DNA from: Umezakia ovalisporum Ak1311
GTDB taxonomy: Bacteria > Cyanobacteriota > Cyanobacteriia > Cyanobacteriales > Nostocaceae
Reading direction: 5' to 3'
Length of the DNA: 32,000 nucleotides
Assembly (NCBI RefSeq): GCF_029891685.1
Contig: NZ_JANQDJ010000081.1
Coordinates: forward strand, 1-32,000
Below, in pieces: positions 9,431 to 19,298 of the stretch; positions within the stretch are counted from its first letter, which is position 1; every line of letters starts with the position of its first letter. Made by a program: the position numbers and the translations under genes. Under the pieces are notes generated by a model that did not search any database, had not been told where the DNA came from, and saw only the letters and a list, made by a program, of their open reading frames with translations.

Positions 9431-9455
9431 ATCTGCCATGAATAAATAAAAGTTT

Positions 9456-9481
9456 GTAGCCAGGACTAAAATCCTGACTAC
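9456..9481. repeat. GTAG...CTAC hairpin (GTAGCCAGGA-CTAAAA-TCCTGACTAC)
   Basis: The 10-bp arms have one mismatch. It sits in the intergenic gap after the DUF5132-like gene. No T-run follows, so it is not called a terminator. Confidence 0.6.
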
Positions 9482-9524
9482 GAGCATAAATATAATTCAG
9501 GAGGTAATTCAGGAAGGCTGCACT

Positions 9525-10112
9525 ATGTTAATCAATAGTTATGGTAACCCTACCAAAATAGCTAAAATTATTGAGCAAGCAAGCTTAAAAACCACACCCA
9601 GACCTATATCTGCCAAAATTATCAGTAGTACTCCAGGAAGACTACGATTGAGAATTTCTCCCCCCCATCGTTATCCCGAAGAAATGAAACGTATTGCTAA
9701 TGTCCTTGAGACACAAACTCACATCCGTCAGGTCAAAACCAGTATTAATTCCGGTAGTATTACCATCCACCATGATGTTCAACATGTATCCTTGGAAAAT
9801 GTGTTGAGTACACTACTAGATTTAGGATTTAATTTTGCTGATATTACTGAAGGTAGCTCCGAAGCAGCAGAGGATGTGAAAAAGGCAATTATTAATTTAA
9901 ACAAAAGATTAGAACAAGCCACCAGTGGTGAAGTTGACTTGCGCTTTCTTTTTCCCCTAGGACTGAGTATGTTGGCGGTGAGACAAGTTATGCTCAGAGG
10001 TTTCCAACTACAGATTATTCCCTGGTATGTGTTGGCATGGTATGCTTTTGATAGTTTTATGAAACTAAATATTAGTAGCCAATTACCAGTAACTACAGAA
10101 AAATCTGGTTGA
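9525..10112 (+). CDS. PGRxR/HMA2-like domain protein with a C-terminal membrane region
   Basis: STPGRLRLRI...INSGSITIHHD follows the same domain pattern as 8104-8946. The C-terminus is hydrophobic (LRFLFPLGLSMLAV..., IIPWYVLAWYAF). An AGGAGG sequence lies upstream of the start. Confidence 0.6.
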   Translation: MLINSYGNPTKIAKIIEQASLKTTPRPISAKIISSTPGRLRLRISPPHRYPEEMKRIANVLETQTHIRQVKTSINSGSITIHHDVQHVSLENVLSTLLDLGFNFADITEGSSEAAEDVKKAIINLNKRLEQATSGEVDLRFLFPLGLSMLAVRQVMLRGFQLQIIPWYVLAWYAFDSFMKLNISSQLPVTTEKSG

Positions 10113-10127
10113 TGTTCCACAAATACC

Positions 10128-10188
10128 GCACTTTTCAAATAAATAAAATACAAACCTTAACATCATAAATCTTGTGCAGTGGGTGTCC
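10128..10188. repeat. Dispersed ~61-nt repeat, copy A
   Basis: GCACTTTTCAAATAAATAAAATACAAACC...TTGTGCAGTGGGTGTCCT is roughly 75-80% identical by eye to 11696-11757. Confidence 0.55.
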
Positions 10189-10309
10189 TGTGGGCCCTTG
10201 TGTATCCACTCAGATAAAATGCACTGTAAATCTACTTATCCACCCAGAGCAATTCCCAACTTCGCCAAGAAGTCGGGAATGTAACTCTTTGAGGATTCAG
10301 CACTTTTGA

Positions 10310-11125
10310 TCAACTGAATACTCGATGTTCCAAAGAAGGCATTTGACGGCGGACTTGTTCCAGGCGAGAGGGATTAATTTCTGCCATAGCAATTCCCGGT
10401 TTTTCACCAGCATCAGCTAAAATCACGCCCCAAGGGTCAATAATCATCGCGTGTCCGTGGGTGTGGCGACGGTCGTAGTTATTGCCAGTTTGAGCAGGTG
10501 CGATTATATAGGCAGTATTTTCAATGGCTCGTGCTTGTAATAATACTTGCCAGTGGTCTTTGCCAGTAAAGGCAGTAAAGGCAGCAGGTACAAACATCAC
10601 CTCCGCTCCCTGATCTGACAAATGTCGATACAATTCCGGAAAGCGAACATCGTAACAAACAGAAAGTCCTATATTACCAAGTTGTTCCGAGTAATAAACT
10701 GAGGGTAATTCTTCACCGGCTACAACAGTGCTAGATTCTCGATAGGTGTTGCCATCGGGAACGTTAACATCAAACAGGTGTACTTTAAAGTAGCGAGAAA
10801 GTTCTTCCCCACTGGGATCAATGAGGATTGTGGTATTATAAACCTTCCCTGTATCTTCTACGGGAACTGGAAAACTGCCCCCCAAAATGGTAACTTGAAA
10901 GCGTTGTGCCATTTTTTTGATAAATCTTGCACTTTCAAGGTAAATTTCCTCGGCTTGTCCTAGTTTGTCTTTTTCTTCTCCCATAAAAGAAAAGTTTTCT
11001 GGTAACCCAATTAATTCAGCACCTCGACGCACAGCCAGTTCAATTAATTCTTCTGCCTGCACTAAGTTTTTGTGTAAACTCGGCACACTGGTCATTTGAA
11101 TAGCCGCAGCTAAATAAGACTTCAT
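10310..11125 (-). CDS. Carbon-nitrogen hydrolase (nitrilase superfamily, Nit/omega-amidase-like)
   Basis: 271 aa. The Glu-Lys-Cys triad contexts are GLPENF, FKVHLFD and LSVCYDVRFPE. Confidence 0.85.
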   Translation of the reverse strand: MKSYLAAAIQMTSVPSLHKNLVQAEELIELAVRRGAELIGLPENFSFMGEEKDKLGQAEEIYLESARFIKKMAQRFQVTILGGSFPVPVEDTGKVYNTTILIDPSGEELSRYFKVHLFDVNVPDGNTYRESSTVVAGEELPSVYYSEQLGNIGLSVCYDVRFPELYRHLSDQGAEVMFVPAAFTAFTGKDHWQVLLQARAIENTAYIIAPAQTGNNYDRRHTHGHAMIIDPWGVILADAGEKPGIAMAEINPSRLEQVRRQMPSLEHRVFS

Positions 11126-11695
11126 AGATTCAAGAAAAAACAGTGATTTTGTCTGGTCTAGATTTTAAAAATATATCGTTGCTGAAAGAACTACGGAAAT
11201 TTTTAGCCATGGGGTCAGCTTTTTTCTAATATCCTTCTGTTGCCATCAAAAAATATCACAATCACTATTGAATCATTAACCCATAAAAATTGGGCATATC
11301 CCATCTCCCCCAACCTGGGAAAGAATTCCCCCTCAGCGAAAATTGCCTATTCTCGCCGGTGAAGTTTCTAAAAGCCCAGGACGGTTAGAACCAGCTGGTA
11401 TTCATACAGGACATTGCCTTCACCGTGATGGAGTAATTTTAGCAGTTCATTACAAATCAATATCTACAGAAAGTAGCTACAGGAAAAACTCACACAAAAG
11501 CTCAAACTACTTTAACCCGAGTTCATCTTTAACCCCAGCCTATTAAGGTAACATCAATTCAGAAAATCTTGGACATAACTTGTGAATTTCTTCCTGTTCC
11601 CAAGTTAAATATAGGGCAATCCCCCCATTATACCCATATGTCCTTATTCCGAGCCACTTAGGTAACATAGGAAGTTAAACCTTGTTTGCAACACA

Positions 11696-11757
11696 GCACT
11701 TTTCAAGTAAATAAAGTACAAATCATAATCATGGAAATTTTGTGAAATGGGCATCTT
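11696..11757. repeat. Dispersed ~61-nt repeat, copy B
   Basis: GCACTTTTCAAGTAAATAAAGTACAAATC...TTGTGAAATGGGCATCTT is similar to 10128-10188. Confidence 0.55.
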
Positions 11758-12131
11758 CACCGCCAAGGTTGTACTTCACCACACCGGAAACTGCTGTAAT
11801 AGTTAATTCACTATATTAACCTTCTATTTCACAGTGAAGTAAAGAGTCGGATGTTAATCTTTGAGTAAAATCAGACTGTAGCTATCCCAGTAGTGTAATC
11901 CAGTCCATTTATAATTCTGCAAACATTGACCCACCCCCCACCTTTAGGTGAGGGGATTGTGAATTGATTAGTTTTCCTGATTTAATTCCATAGGTTCCAG
12001 GTTTTACCTGTTTTCTGGTGTCCACCCTTCAGGTTTTGTGCCTAAAGCTAAGTAGAAAATCACCATAAAATCACTATAAAATAGGTAATGCTACATACTA
12101 AAAGTGTCCCTGCCAAATCGATATTGACAGC

Positions 12132-12178
12132 ATCGGTAAGGGTTGTTTAAGTCAAGCTAAAAAACTTCCCTTGGGGAA
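12132..12178. repeat. Dispersed 47-nt repeat, copy 2
   Basis: 37/47 identity to 54-100. It lies immediately 3' of the LCP gene stop codon. Confidence 0.6.
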
Positions 12179-12180
12179 CC

Positions 12181-13623
12181 TTAACGCAAATAAAACCCTG
12201 AATTAGGGACTTCAAACAGACGTTTTTGTTGTAACCAATCCTTACCTAACTGAACAGTAACATCGGAATCAAGAACACCAGTACTGTCAACTCGCACTTC
12301 TCCAAATCCTAAAGTATTACGAATTAACTCTGCCTTCTCAGTATCTCCCTGTTGGGCAATGATGTTAGTTACCTCTAAAGTTTCATGCCAAGGTGGAGAT
12401 ATGTAGGCTTGGGGATATCCCGATGCTTGTAAAGTCCTAATCAAAGATTTTATTTCAGAGCGATCGCTACCTGTACTATCTTGAATATATACTCGCAATC
12501 CTTGTGAATTCACCTGTTGGAGTTCACTAGTTAATTCCATACCAAAGTGTTGAGACATTAGTCGGGCAATACCAGATTCATTTGGTATCCAATAACTAGC
12601 AAGATATTCATCTTTTTGGCCAAAGCGACCTGGTAACATGAACATATGCATATTGGAACGGTTTGTTCCCACACTAAAACCTGCTAGGGCTAATAATTCT
12701 TCAATTGTTAAGTTAGTATCAATATTGTCTTTAACTACACTGAGGATTTTAGGTAATTGCCCTAGTGTTCGAGGGTTAAAAGTTTGATCTATTAATGCTC
12801 GCATCACCATTTGTTGGCGTTGAACCCGTCCAATATCTCCCAGTTCATCATGACGAAAGCGTAGCAGTTGCAAAGCTTGCTCCCCGTTGAGATGTTGTTT
12901 ACCCGCCTTTAAATCAATATATAAGTGTTGGCTATCATCTCGGTATTTTAAATCTTTGGGGATGTGTACTGTCACCCCACCCAAGGCATCGATTAACTTA
13001 CCAACACCAAGAACATTAATTCGGATATACCGGTCAATTGGTACATCACCCAAAAGATTACTTACACTTTTTGCAGTTAAAGCAGGGCCACCGTCAACAT
13101 TGGCAGAATTAAGTTTTTTCACCCCATGACCAATTACCTCCGTACGAGTATCTCTGGGAATGGAGAGCATGGCTATTTTTTTTGTCTCAGGATCAAATTT
13201 CACCAATATCATCACATCAGACAACCCTTCAAAAGAGTTTACCTGTGGTTTATAGCCCAGATTCTGAAATTCTGAGGGAGGGTCCTTTAGGTCAGATGTA
13301 AGTACGCTCATCCCCATGACCAACAAATGAACAGGGCGAGTTAATTCCGACAATCCTAATCCAACCCCAGAAATGCGATCGCTATCAAAAACCGCCTCTT
13401 CTTGAGGACTTAACGCTGCTTGTTGCAGTGGCTTACTGCTTAAAGAAACAGCTAACAGAGCCCCTGCTGTTGCTGAAACCATAGCGATACCGCTCATACC
13501 CAGCCAGAACCACAGCCAACCTCCAGACTTAGGTATGTGAGGACTTTGGTGTTTGGATTCGAGAGCTTTCGCTAACTGGTTTTCTTTCGCTGAAGTTCTT
13601 TGACTGGTCACAGAGTTCCTCAC
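12181..13623 (-). CDS. LytR-CpsA-Psr (LCP) family cell-envelope protein
   Basis: 480 aa. An N-terminal TM segment is followed by an LCP core with SDVMILVKFDP...LSIPRDT...NSANVDGGPALTAKSV..IDRYIRINV.G..KLIDALGGV. Confidence 0.85.
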   Translation of the reverse strand: MRNSVTSQRTSAKENQLAKALESKHQSPHIPKSGGWLWFWLGMSGIAMVSATAGALLAVSLSSKPLQQAALSPQEEAVFDSDRISGVGLGLSELTRPVHLLVMGMSVLTSDLKDPPSEFQNLGYKPQVNSFEGLSDVMILVKFDPETKKIAMLSIPRDTRTEVIGHGVKKLNSANVDGGPALTAKSVSNLLGDVPIDRYIRINVLGVGKLIDALGGVTVHIPKDLKYRDDSQHLYIDLKAGKQHLNGEQALQLLRFRHDELGDIGRVQRQQMVMRALIDQTFNPRTLGQLPKILSVVKDNIDTNLTIEELLALAGFSVGTNRSNMHMFMLPGRFGQKDEYLASYWIPNESGIARLMSQHFGMELTSELQQVNSQGLRVYIQDSTGSDRSEIKSLIRTLQASGYPQAYISPPWHETLEVTNIIAQQGDTEKAELIRNTLGFGEVRVDSTGVLDSDVTVQLGKDWLQQKRLFEVPNSGFYLR

Positions 13624-14729
13624 ACTTACTGCTCAAACAAACTTGGTAAATTTTTCCACTGACTGATATGCCACTAAATTAACTTATACAAGTTAAGGTT
13701 TCAGTCACCATGCTGACCTACCAGATATTGTGTCAACCACAACACTTATAGGAAGACTTCTCTTTCTTTGTAGCAAATCCGGAAATAAACAAATAAACAA
13801 TTAACTGAAGTATGACAACAATAAACTAATTTAACCAGCTGTGATGTCAAATTATCTGCCAGTTTAAAAAACCACCGTAATCATACTAGAGTGGGCTGAG
13901 TTATGTGTGCCACACAAATCCTGTTCCCAGACCCCCTGGCCAAAGCCACTAAAACTTGAGCAAGGATGAGATTTCTCCTGAATAACTGCAATAATGAACC
14001 CAACACCCACCGAAAACTAACCAAATCTCGGAAAACTATTAAAAATTAACATCCCTAACGTAAAAAATTTCCAAGTTCCAGCCCCAGTTGATCACAACAA
14101 ATACCCCAAGACCTAAGTAAAGGCCAAGGTAATAGACAGATTACTCACAGTTAATTGTTCCCCAGATCCCCACAGCCCATAGAAAATCCACAACCATGGT
14201 AAAAAACCAACCACTGGAATAAAAAACTTCTACTCACAAAATAAGCTGAACACCCCGAAGTGAAATGCCGGAAAACATGGTTTTTCAGGATTCCGACGGT
14301 TTCAATCTCCCTGGAGTTAAACATCAAAGCCAACCAGAGCGCTTTAGCCCTTGGTGGCATTCAGTGTTATCATATTTTCAGCAGTTCAGGGTAATAAACC
14401 TGGATAAACATCCAGTAACCTAATGGTCAGCTTGTGCACCTTGATAATTCAATGTGTAGAGTTCTACTTCCTAGTTCTGGTTTTCCTCCAGAAGTAAGTA
14501 AAAAATTCATGGGAACTAGACTAATGGCTTTTTAACTCCAAGAAATATTAAAAAAATATTCGAGTAATCCAGCTAAGGTAAGGCATACCCAAAGTTAAAG
14601 CTTGAGGAAAGAACCACCTCTAGGCTAGATAACCTAAGAAATCTGGTTTAAGTGGGCTCGTTGAATCAAGAATCTCCACGTCTTTGGACAGGAGATTGTC
14701 AATCAGTTCTATCCCGCAATCGGCTAAAG

Positions 14730-15872
14730 ATGCAGACACGCAAGCTACTCAACTGGTGGCAAACATTTACACCCATAACGCGAATTGGGGCCATCGCCTT
14801 ATTCGCGCCACTTTTAGTTCTAAATGGTTGGGCCATTTCGGAAATTTTCCATTATTTCCACTCTCTCATAGTTATTTTAGTTGGAGCCTCAGTACTAGCA
14901 TTTCTGCTCAACTATCCCGTTAGCTGGATGGAGCGTCAAGGCGCCAGAAGAGAACAAGTTGCCATTTTGGTTTTTTTGTTAGCCTTATCAGTGCTATTAG
15001 CCCTAGGTGTCACCCTGTTTCCCCTAGCCCTTACCCAAGCCCAGCAATTAGTGGCTCGATTACCAGAGTTAATTGACTCTGGACGTTCTCAGTTAATGAT
15101 CTTAAACGAGAAAGCAGAAAGCCTGAGTTTACCAATTAACCTTGATGCTCTTCTAGTGCAAATTAATGATCGTGTCAAGAGTCAATTGCAGGCCATAGCC
15201 GGACAAGTGCTAAACCTGGCGGTGGTCACCTTCACCAGCCTCCTAGATTTTCTCCTAACCATGGTTTTAACTTTTTACCTGTTGCAGCATGGAGGTGAAC
15301 TCTGGGAAAGTTTAGTAGAATGGCTCCCCACCACATTTCGCGAACCTTTTTCTAAAACAGTACGCCTGAGCTTTCAAAACTTTTTCATCACTCAACTAAT
15401 TTTATCCACCTGCATGGCATCAGCCCTCATTCCCACGTTTTTGTGGTTAAAAGTACCATTTGGTCTTTTGTTCGGGTTAACTATTGGGATCATGGCACTG
15501 GTTCCCTTTGGTGGTTCAGTAGGTATAGCCTTGACCACCTCCCTGGTAGCACTGCAAGATTTTTCCATGGGCATTAAAGTTCTCATCGCCGCCGTTATCG
15601 TACAGCAAATTTTAGAAAACTTAATTGCACCGCGAATCTTAGGTAGTTTTACTGGGTTAAATCCAGTTTGGGTACTAATTTCTGTCCTCACTGGAGCCCG
15701 GGTTGGTGGACTTTTAGGCGTAATTGTAGCAGTACCCACTGCTGTAATTATCAAGACTGCTTTAACAGCCTTACGTCCCCAGAGGTTAGGTGAAGCGGAA
15801 GAAAAAACCACAGCCTTTATTACAGAAAAATCACCAACAGCTGAACCCAACAATCCACTAAGTGTTTCATAA
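14730..15872 (+). CDS. AI-2E family transporter (PerM/UPF0118)
   Basis: A multi-TM protein with the conserved C-terminal block ENLIAPRILG...GLNPVWVLISVL.GA...G..G...AVP. I prefer the ATG at 14730 (MQTRKLL...) over the GTG at 14652 used in the ORF track. Confidence 0.8.
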   Translation: MQTRKLLNWWQTFTPITRIGAIALFAPLLVLNGWAISEIFHYFHSLIVILVGASVLAFLLNYPVSWMERQGARREQVAILVFLLALSVLLALGVTLFPLALTQAQQLVARLPELIDSGRSQLMILNEKAESLSLPINLDALLVQINDRVKSQLQAIAGQVLNLAVVTFTSLLDFLLTMVLTFYLLQHGGELWESLVEWLPTTFREPFSKTVRLSFQNFFITQLILSTCMASALIPTFLWLKVPFGLLFGLTIGIMALVPFGGSVGIALTTSLVALQDFSMGIKVLIAAVIVQQILENLIAPRILGSFTGLNPVWVLISVLTGARVGGLLGVIVAVPTAVIIKTALTALRPQRLGEAEEKTTAFITEKSPTAEPNNPLSVS

Positions 15873-15938
15873 CCCACATCACCTTAACGGCAAATGAGCC
15901 ATGGGGAACAGGAAATCAAGGGGGAGTCTTAATAATCG

Positions 15939-17270
15939 CTACTGTGGATTGGTAATTGAACCCATAAACAAAATCCTACCGGTTTGATTATCTCCAATGA
16001 CAGAGAAAAAGGGACGGTCAACAATCATGCGGAAAGGTTCCGGTTTTTCTTTAAAAGCTGTGGGGACAATTCCCACCGATGTAGTAGCTGCGGCTTCTGT
16101 ACCTTCCTCGTTGACCTCCACAAAGGTTTTATGTTTAACTTCACTAATTTTCAAATTACTACCCATCCCAGAAAAGTCGGCCTGATTGCTAAAGGCTTCT
16201 CCCATCCCCAACCCTTGTAGTGCATCATTAAGTGTAACAGCGTAATCTGTCTTGAAGCGAGGTAAGCGAATAAACCCATCGCGATTTCTAAACCGGGACA
16301 TCCACTTTTCCCAATTCTCAAAATTCCAGTTTTGATAAAAGGTTTGCAAATCAAACTTTTCTTTAGGCAAAAAGATATAAAAGCTGACCTTGCCATCCGG
16401 TCCATAAGGTAAACTTACCGCCTGAAAATCCTCGTTTTCATAGTATCTATATTCCCCAGTTTGAGACATCATCGGGTGTTGCTTTTCTTCGCCGGATATT
16501 AACTTAAAGGGATGTTTAGCAGTTTGTGACTTATTAAAGGGATTGCTCCATTCCCCTTTAAAATATATGGCATTAATCAAAAACAACACCTGTTCTGGAG
16601 GAACTTCTTCAACTATTTTGTTGATTTTTCCCCCAGTGTTTTCTTGAACCCACTGATTGATAGTGTTAGCAGATGATGTAGCATCTTTAAAATCTAAATT
16701 GGCGACTTTGGCTCTGTAAAATTCCTTGGTGCTTTGCAGAAACTTCCTCTGTAATGTAGCTTCTTCACTTGCCCATAGGGAGTTAGCAATTGTCAGTTTT
16801 ACTTGGGAATCAGGATTTTCTACCAACCCTGTTAACGTGCCATAACCTGAGTTAATTTCTGGTAAACTCATTCCCTGGAACTCTAGGGTTTTAGCCATTG
16901 CTTCTTGGGTAGCACCCTTGGCACCATTATATGTCATGGCCAGAGCCATGGCCACACTTAAAGGTGAAACAAAAATATTATCTTCACCACTGTTTTTCCG
17001 GTAAATTTCTGAAAACAGTTTGAAGCCAAATTTATTATTAGCATCCACCAGTTTACCATCATAAATTGATGTTTTTTTTCCCAAGGGAGTCTCTGAATGA
17101 GGTGGATCAGATTGCTTAAGGGAATTTGTACTACCACTAACCTGGGAACACCCCAACACACTGAACAAAACAACACTAGCCGCTGCCAAAACATAACGTC
17201 TTCCTAGACTAACACCATAACGTCTTTGTAAGAATTTTCCTTCCACATCACTAAGTTTTTGCCGATTCAT
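15939..17270 (-). CDS. Serpin-family protease inhibitor with a lipoprotein-type signal peptide
   Basis: The serpin N-terminal block is NIFVSPLSVAMALAMTYNGAKG. The inhibitory-type hinge is EEGTEAAATT, and the C-terminus reads PF.M.VDRPFFSVI....G.ILFMGSI.NP. The N-terminus contains a ...LFSVLGC lipobox-like motif. Confidence 0.85.
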   Translation of the reverse strand: MNRQKLSDVEGKFLQRRYGVSLGRRYVLAAASVVLFSVLGCSQVSGSTNSLKQSDPPHSETPLGKKTSIYDGKLVDANNKFGFKLFSEIYRKNSGEDNIFVSPLSVAMALAMTYNGAKGATQEAMAKTLEFQGMSLPEINSGYGTLTGLVENPDSQVKLTIANSLWASEEATLQRKFLQSTKEFYRAKVANLDFKDATSSANTINQWVQENTGGKINKIVEEVPPEQVLFLINAIYFKGEWSNPFNKSQTAKHPFKLISGEEKQHPMMSQTGEYRYYENEDFQAVSLPYGPDGKVSFYIFLPKEKFDLQTFYQNWNFENWEKWMSRFRNRDGFIRLPRFKTDYAVTLNDALQGLGMGEAFSNQADFSGMGSNLKISEVKHKTFVEVNEEGTEAAATTSVGIVPTAFKEKPEPFRMIVDRPFFSVIGDNQTGRILFMGSITNPQ

Positions 17271-17668
17271 TGTCCCGCCTCCTTTGCCCGATATTTTTAA
17301 CTTTCTAGAGAAAATTGACGTTAAATTATGTTTCGATAGTTCACTATTGCATTTACCACACTGGTAATTTCAGATGGTTACAGTTTTAGTAACAGACAAT
17401 GACTAGGGGTAATTAAATATAACTTATATCAGCTATGGAATAAGAAAGCTATTTTGACTCATATTGAGACAAAATCACAGTGTAAAATAGTTTAATTCAA
17501 AAGTTTTTGTATAATAGGATACTTAACTGCCAAATAATTATTTTTATTGCCTTGTTAATGATAAATAAATCTAATAGTTTTAATCTTCCTAAAGTAAGAT
17601 AAATTTTCTAAAAAATTGCATTACAATACACATTTTAGCTGAAATACCGCCTCCAAAAGCAAAAATCC

Positions 17669-18661
17669 CTAAAAGTATTTATGCCTAATTTTTTTGTACA
17701 TATTCTGAATACGTAATTTTGCCAAGCGAGTTGGTGACAAATCTGGAATATTATTTGCAAAATTAATTTTGTGATCAAAAAATTCATTTAATTGCGCCAA
17801 AATAACTTCAAGGCGTTGGATAATGTTTTCACTGCGATACTCTGCAAAAAATTCTTCAGCCAAGGAGTTAGTTTGTGGGGATTTCAGCGCCTTCAGCACA
17901 CGCTGAACATCATACTCTTTTGAATATCCGGCGATTTTATGGCAATTAAATCCTGGGTCTAAATAATCCGACAATCCACCGTTGACACTAGAAAATACCT
18001 GACAACCACAAGCAAGAGCTTCCATTGGTTGTAGTCCAAAGCCTTCGCTGACCGCTTGTTGCGCCCAATATTCAGCAGAGTCATACAGATAAATATGCGA
18101 CTCATTAAACAGTCTGGGCAAATCTTCTACATAAGAATTGACTAATTTGACTTGACACTGTTTCTTCAAAGCCGGAATCAATTCTTCCATTAAATACTGA
18201 GAAGATTTTCGGCCTTGAACTAAAACATCAATATCCCGGTGTAGATGCAAATTTTTAAATTCATTACTAATTTCATTAGGTAAATAGTAAATGAGAGAGT
18301 TAGGAGACTTTTGCCCCCAGTAACCCATGGTGTTACGGCTAACTGTGATAATAGGAATACTCCCCGGTAGGCGAAATTTGTAACCTGCACTATGGGCATG
18401 ATAAACAACATTATATTCCTTGAGCTTAAGAGCTAGTTTAGGTACATCAAATCCCCAGCTAATGACAAAAATTGCCCCATCTAAATTTTTTTCTCTGAGC
18501 AAATCATCAATAAACAGTTCCTCTGATTCTCTTTGGCGATAAGTGACCACATCAGCACTACAAATTTGCTGGGCTAGTTTAACTGTTTTTAATTCTGCCC
18601 AAAGTCCACCACAAGCAAATTGGCCATATGTACCTGGAACTAAAAAGTATAGCTTTCTCAT
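17669..18661 (-). CDS. Glycosyltransferase (GT-B, GT4-like)
   Basis: C-terminal EGFGLQPMEALACGCQVFSS motif (E-x7-E region). The start is moved to ATG 18661 (MRKLYFLVPG...). Confidence 0.65.
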   Translation of the reverse strand: MRKLYFLVPGTYGQFACGGLWAELKTVKLAQQICSADVVTYRQRESEELFIDDLLREKNLDGAIFVISWGFDVPKLALKLKEYNVVYHAHSAGYKFRLPGSIPIITVSRNTMGYWGQKSPNSLIYYLPNEISNEFKNLHLHRDIDVLVQGRKSSQYLMEELIPALKKQCQVKLVNSYVEDLPRLFNESHIYLYDSAEYWAQQAVSEGFGLQPMEALACGCQVFSSVNGGLSDYLDPGFNCHKIAGYSKEYDVQRVLKALKSPQTNSLAEEFFAEYRSENIIQRLEVILAQLNEFFDHKINFANNIPDLSPTRLAKLRIQNMYKKIRHKYF

Positions 18662-18745
18662 AAAGATATTGAATTGATAGGATAATTGACACCCTCCACA
18701 AAACCCCACCTTCTATGCAAGGATGACGTTGGTCATGGACATGGA

Positions 18746-19219
18746 CTAGCCTTTGGGAATTGCTCGCCGCCGTTGGTAAAAACCAATCACTTTGTTGACG
18801 TAGGTGCTACTAAAGCCTTGATTGCACCCCGTGTAGCTACCAGTCATCCACCAACAAGCTACGTTACCCACACTTTGATTTTCATTATTAGTAATGCGAA
18901 ATTGATTACCTAACTCACGACTGATAATACAGGATACTATGGAGCGTGCAGTGTCCGGGCTATTTTCAAACTGCCTAGGGGTTAATTCTCTTTTGAGACA
19001 ATATTTTGACCAACCTCTCAGAGTTTCTGCTTTTACTTGCCATTCACTGTAAAGTCCATCATTTTTAATGCCGGTTTGGGGTGCTGCTAATCTCAACGCC
19101 TCTACCATTGCTGCTACTTCAGCATTAGACAGCCCTTGTTGTGCTTGACCTAGGGATGACAGTACTCCAATTTGTGCAATTACTGCAAATATCAGTAATG
19201 GTATAGTCTTGTTTCTCAT
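18746..19219 (-). CDS. Secreted hypothetical protein
   Basis: 157 aa with an N-terminal signal-peptide-like segment MRNKTIPLLIFAVIAQIGVLSSLGQA. No family was recognised. Confidence 0.5.
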   Translation of the reverse strand: MRNKTIPLLIFAVIAQIGVLSSLGQAQQGLSNAEVAAMVEALRLAAPQTGIKNDGLYSEWQVKAETLRGWSKYCLKRELTPRQFENSPDTARSIVSCIISRELGNQFRITNNENQSVGNVACWWMTGSYTGCNQGFSSTYVNKVIGFYQRRRAIPKG

Positions 19220-19298
19220 ATTTCTAGATTCTAATTGGGAATTTTGTGTTGTTAATCACTTTATAAGTTTTTGATAAGTTTTTGAATGGAAAAACCTG

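Noticed and set aside
10252-10280. A 12-bp hairpin ATTCCCAACTTC-GCCAA-GAAGTCGGGAAT just downstream of the nitrilase-family gene, considered as a terminator
   Set aside because: No U-run follows on either strand. It probably belongs to the dispersed palindromic-repeat class, so it is not annotated as a terminator.
11343-11546. A 67-aa ORF in the long gap upstream of the nitrilase-family gene
   Set aside because: It uses a non-ATG start in the track, has a low-complexity and atypical composition, and shows no recognisable motif or RBS. It is treated as non-coding.
14151-14360. A 69-aa minus-strand ORF in the 1.1-kb gap
   Set aside because: No motif and no ribosome-binding site. The composition (Cys/Phe/Gly-rich) looks like random translation.
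14604-14611. GAGGAAAG, superficially like the conserved RNase P RNA motif GAGGAAAGTCC
   Set aside because: It is followed by AACCACC rather than TCCGGGC, and none of the surrounding RNase P helices can be drawn.
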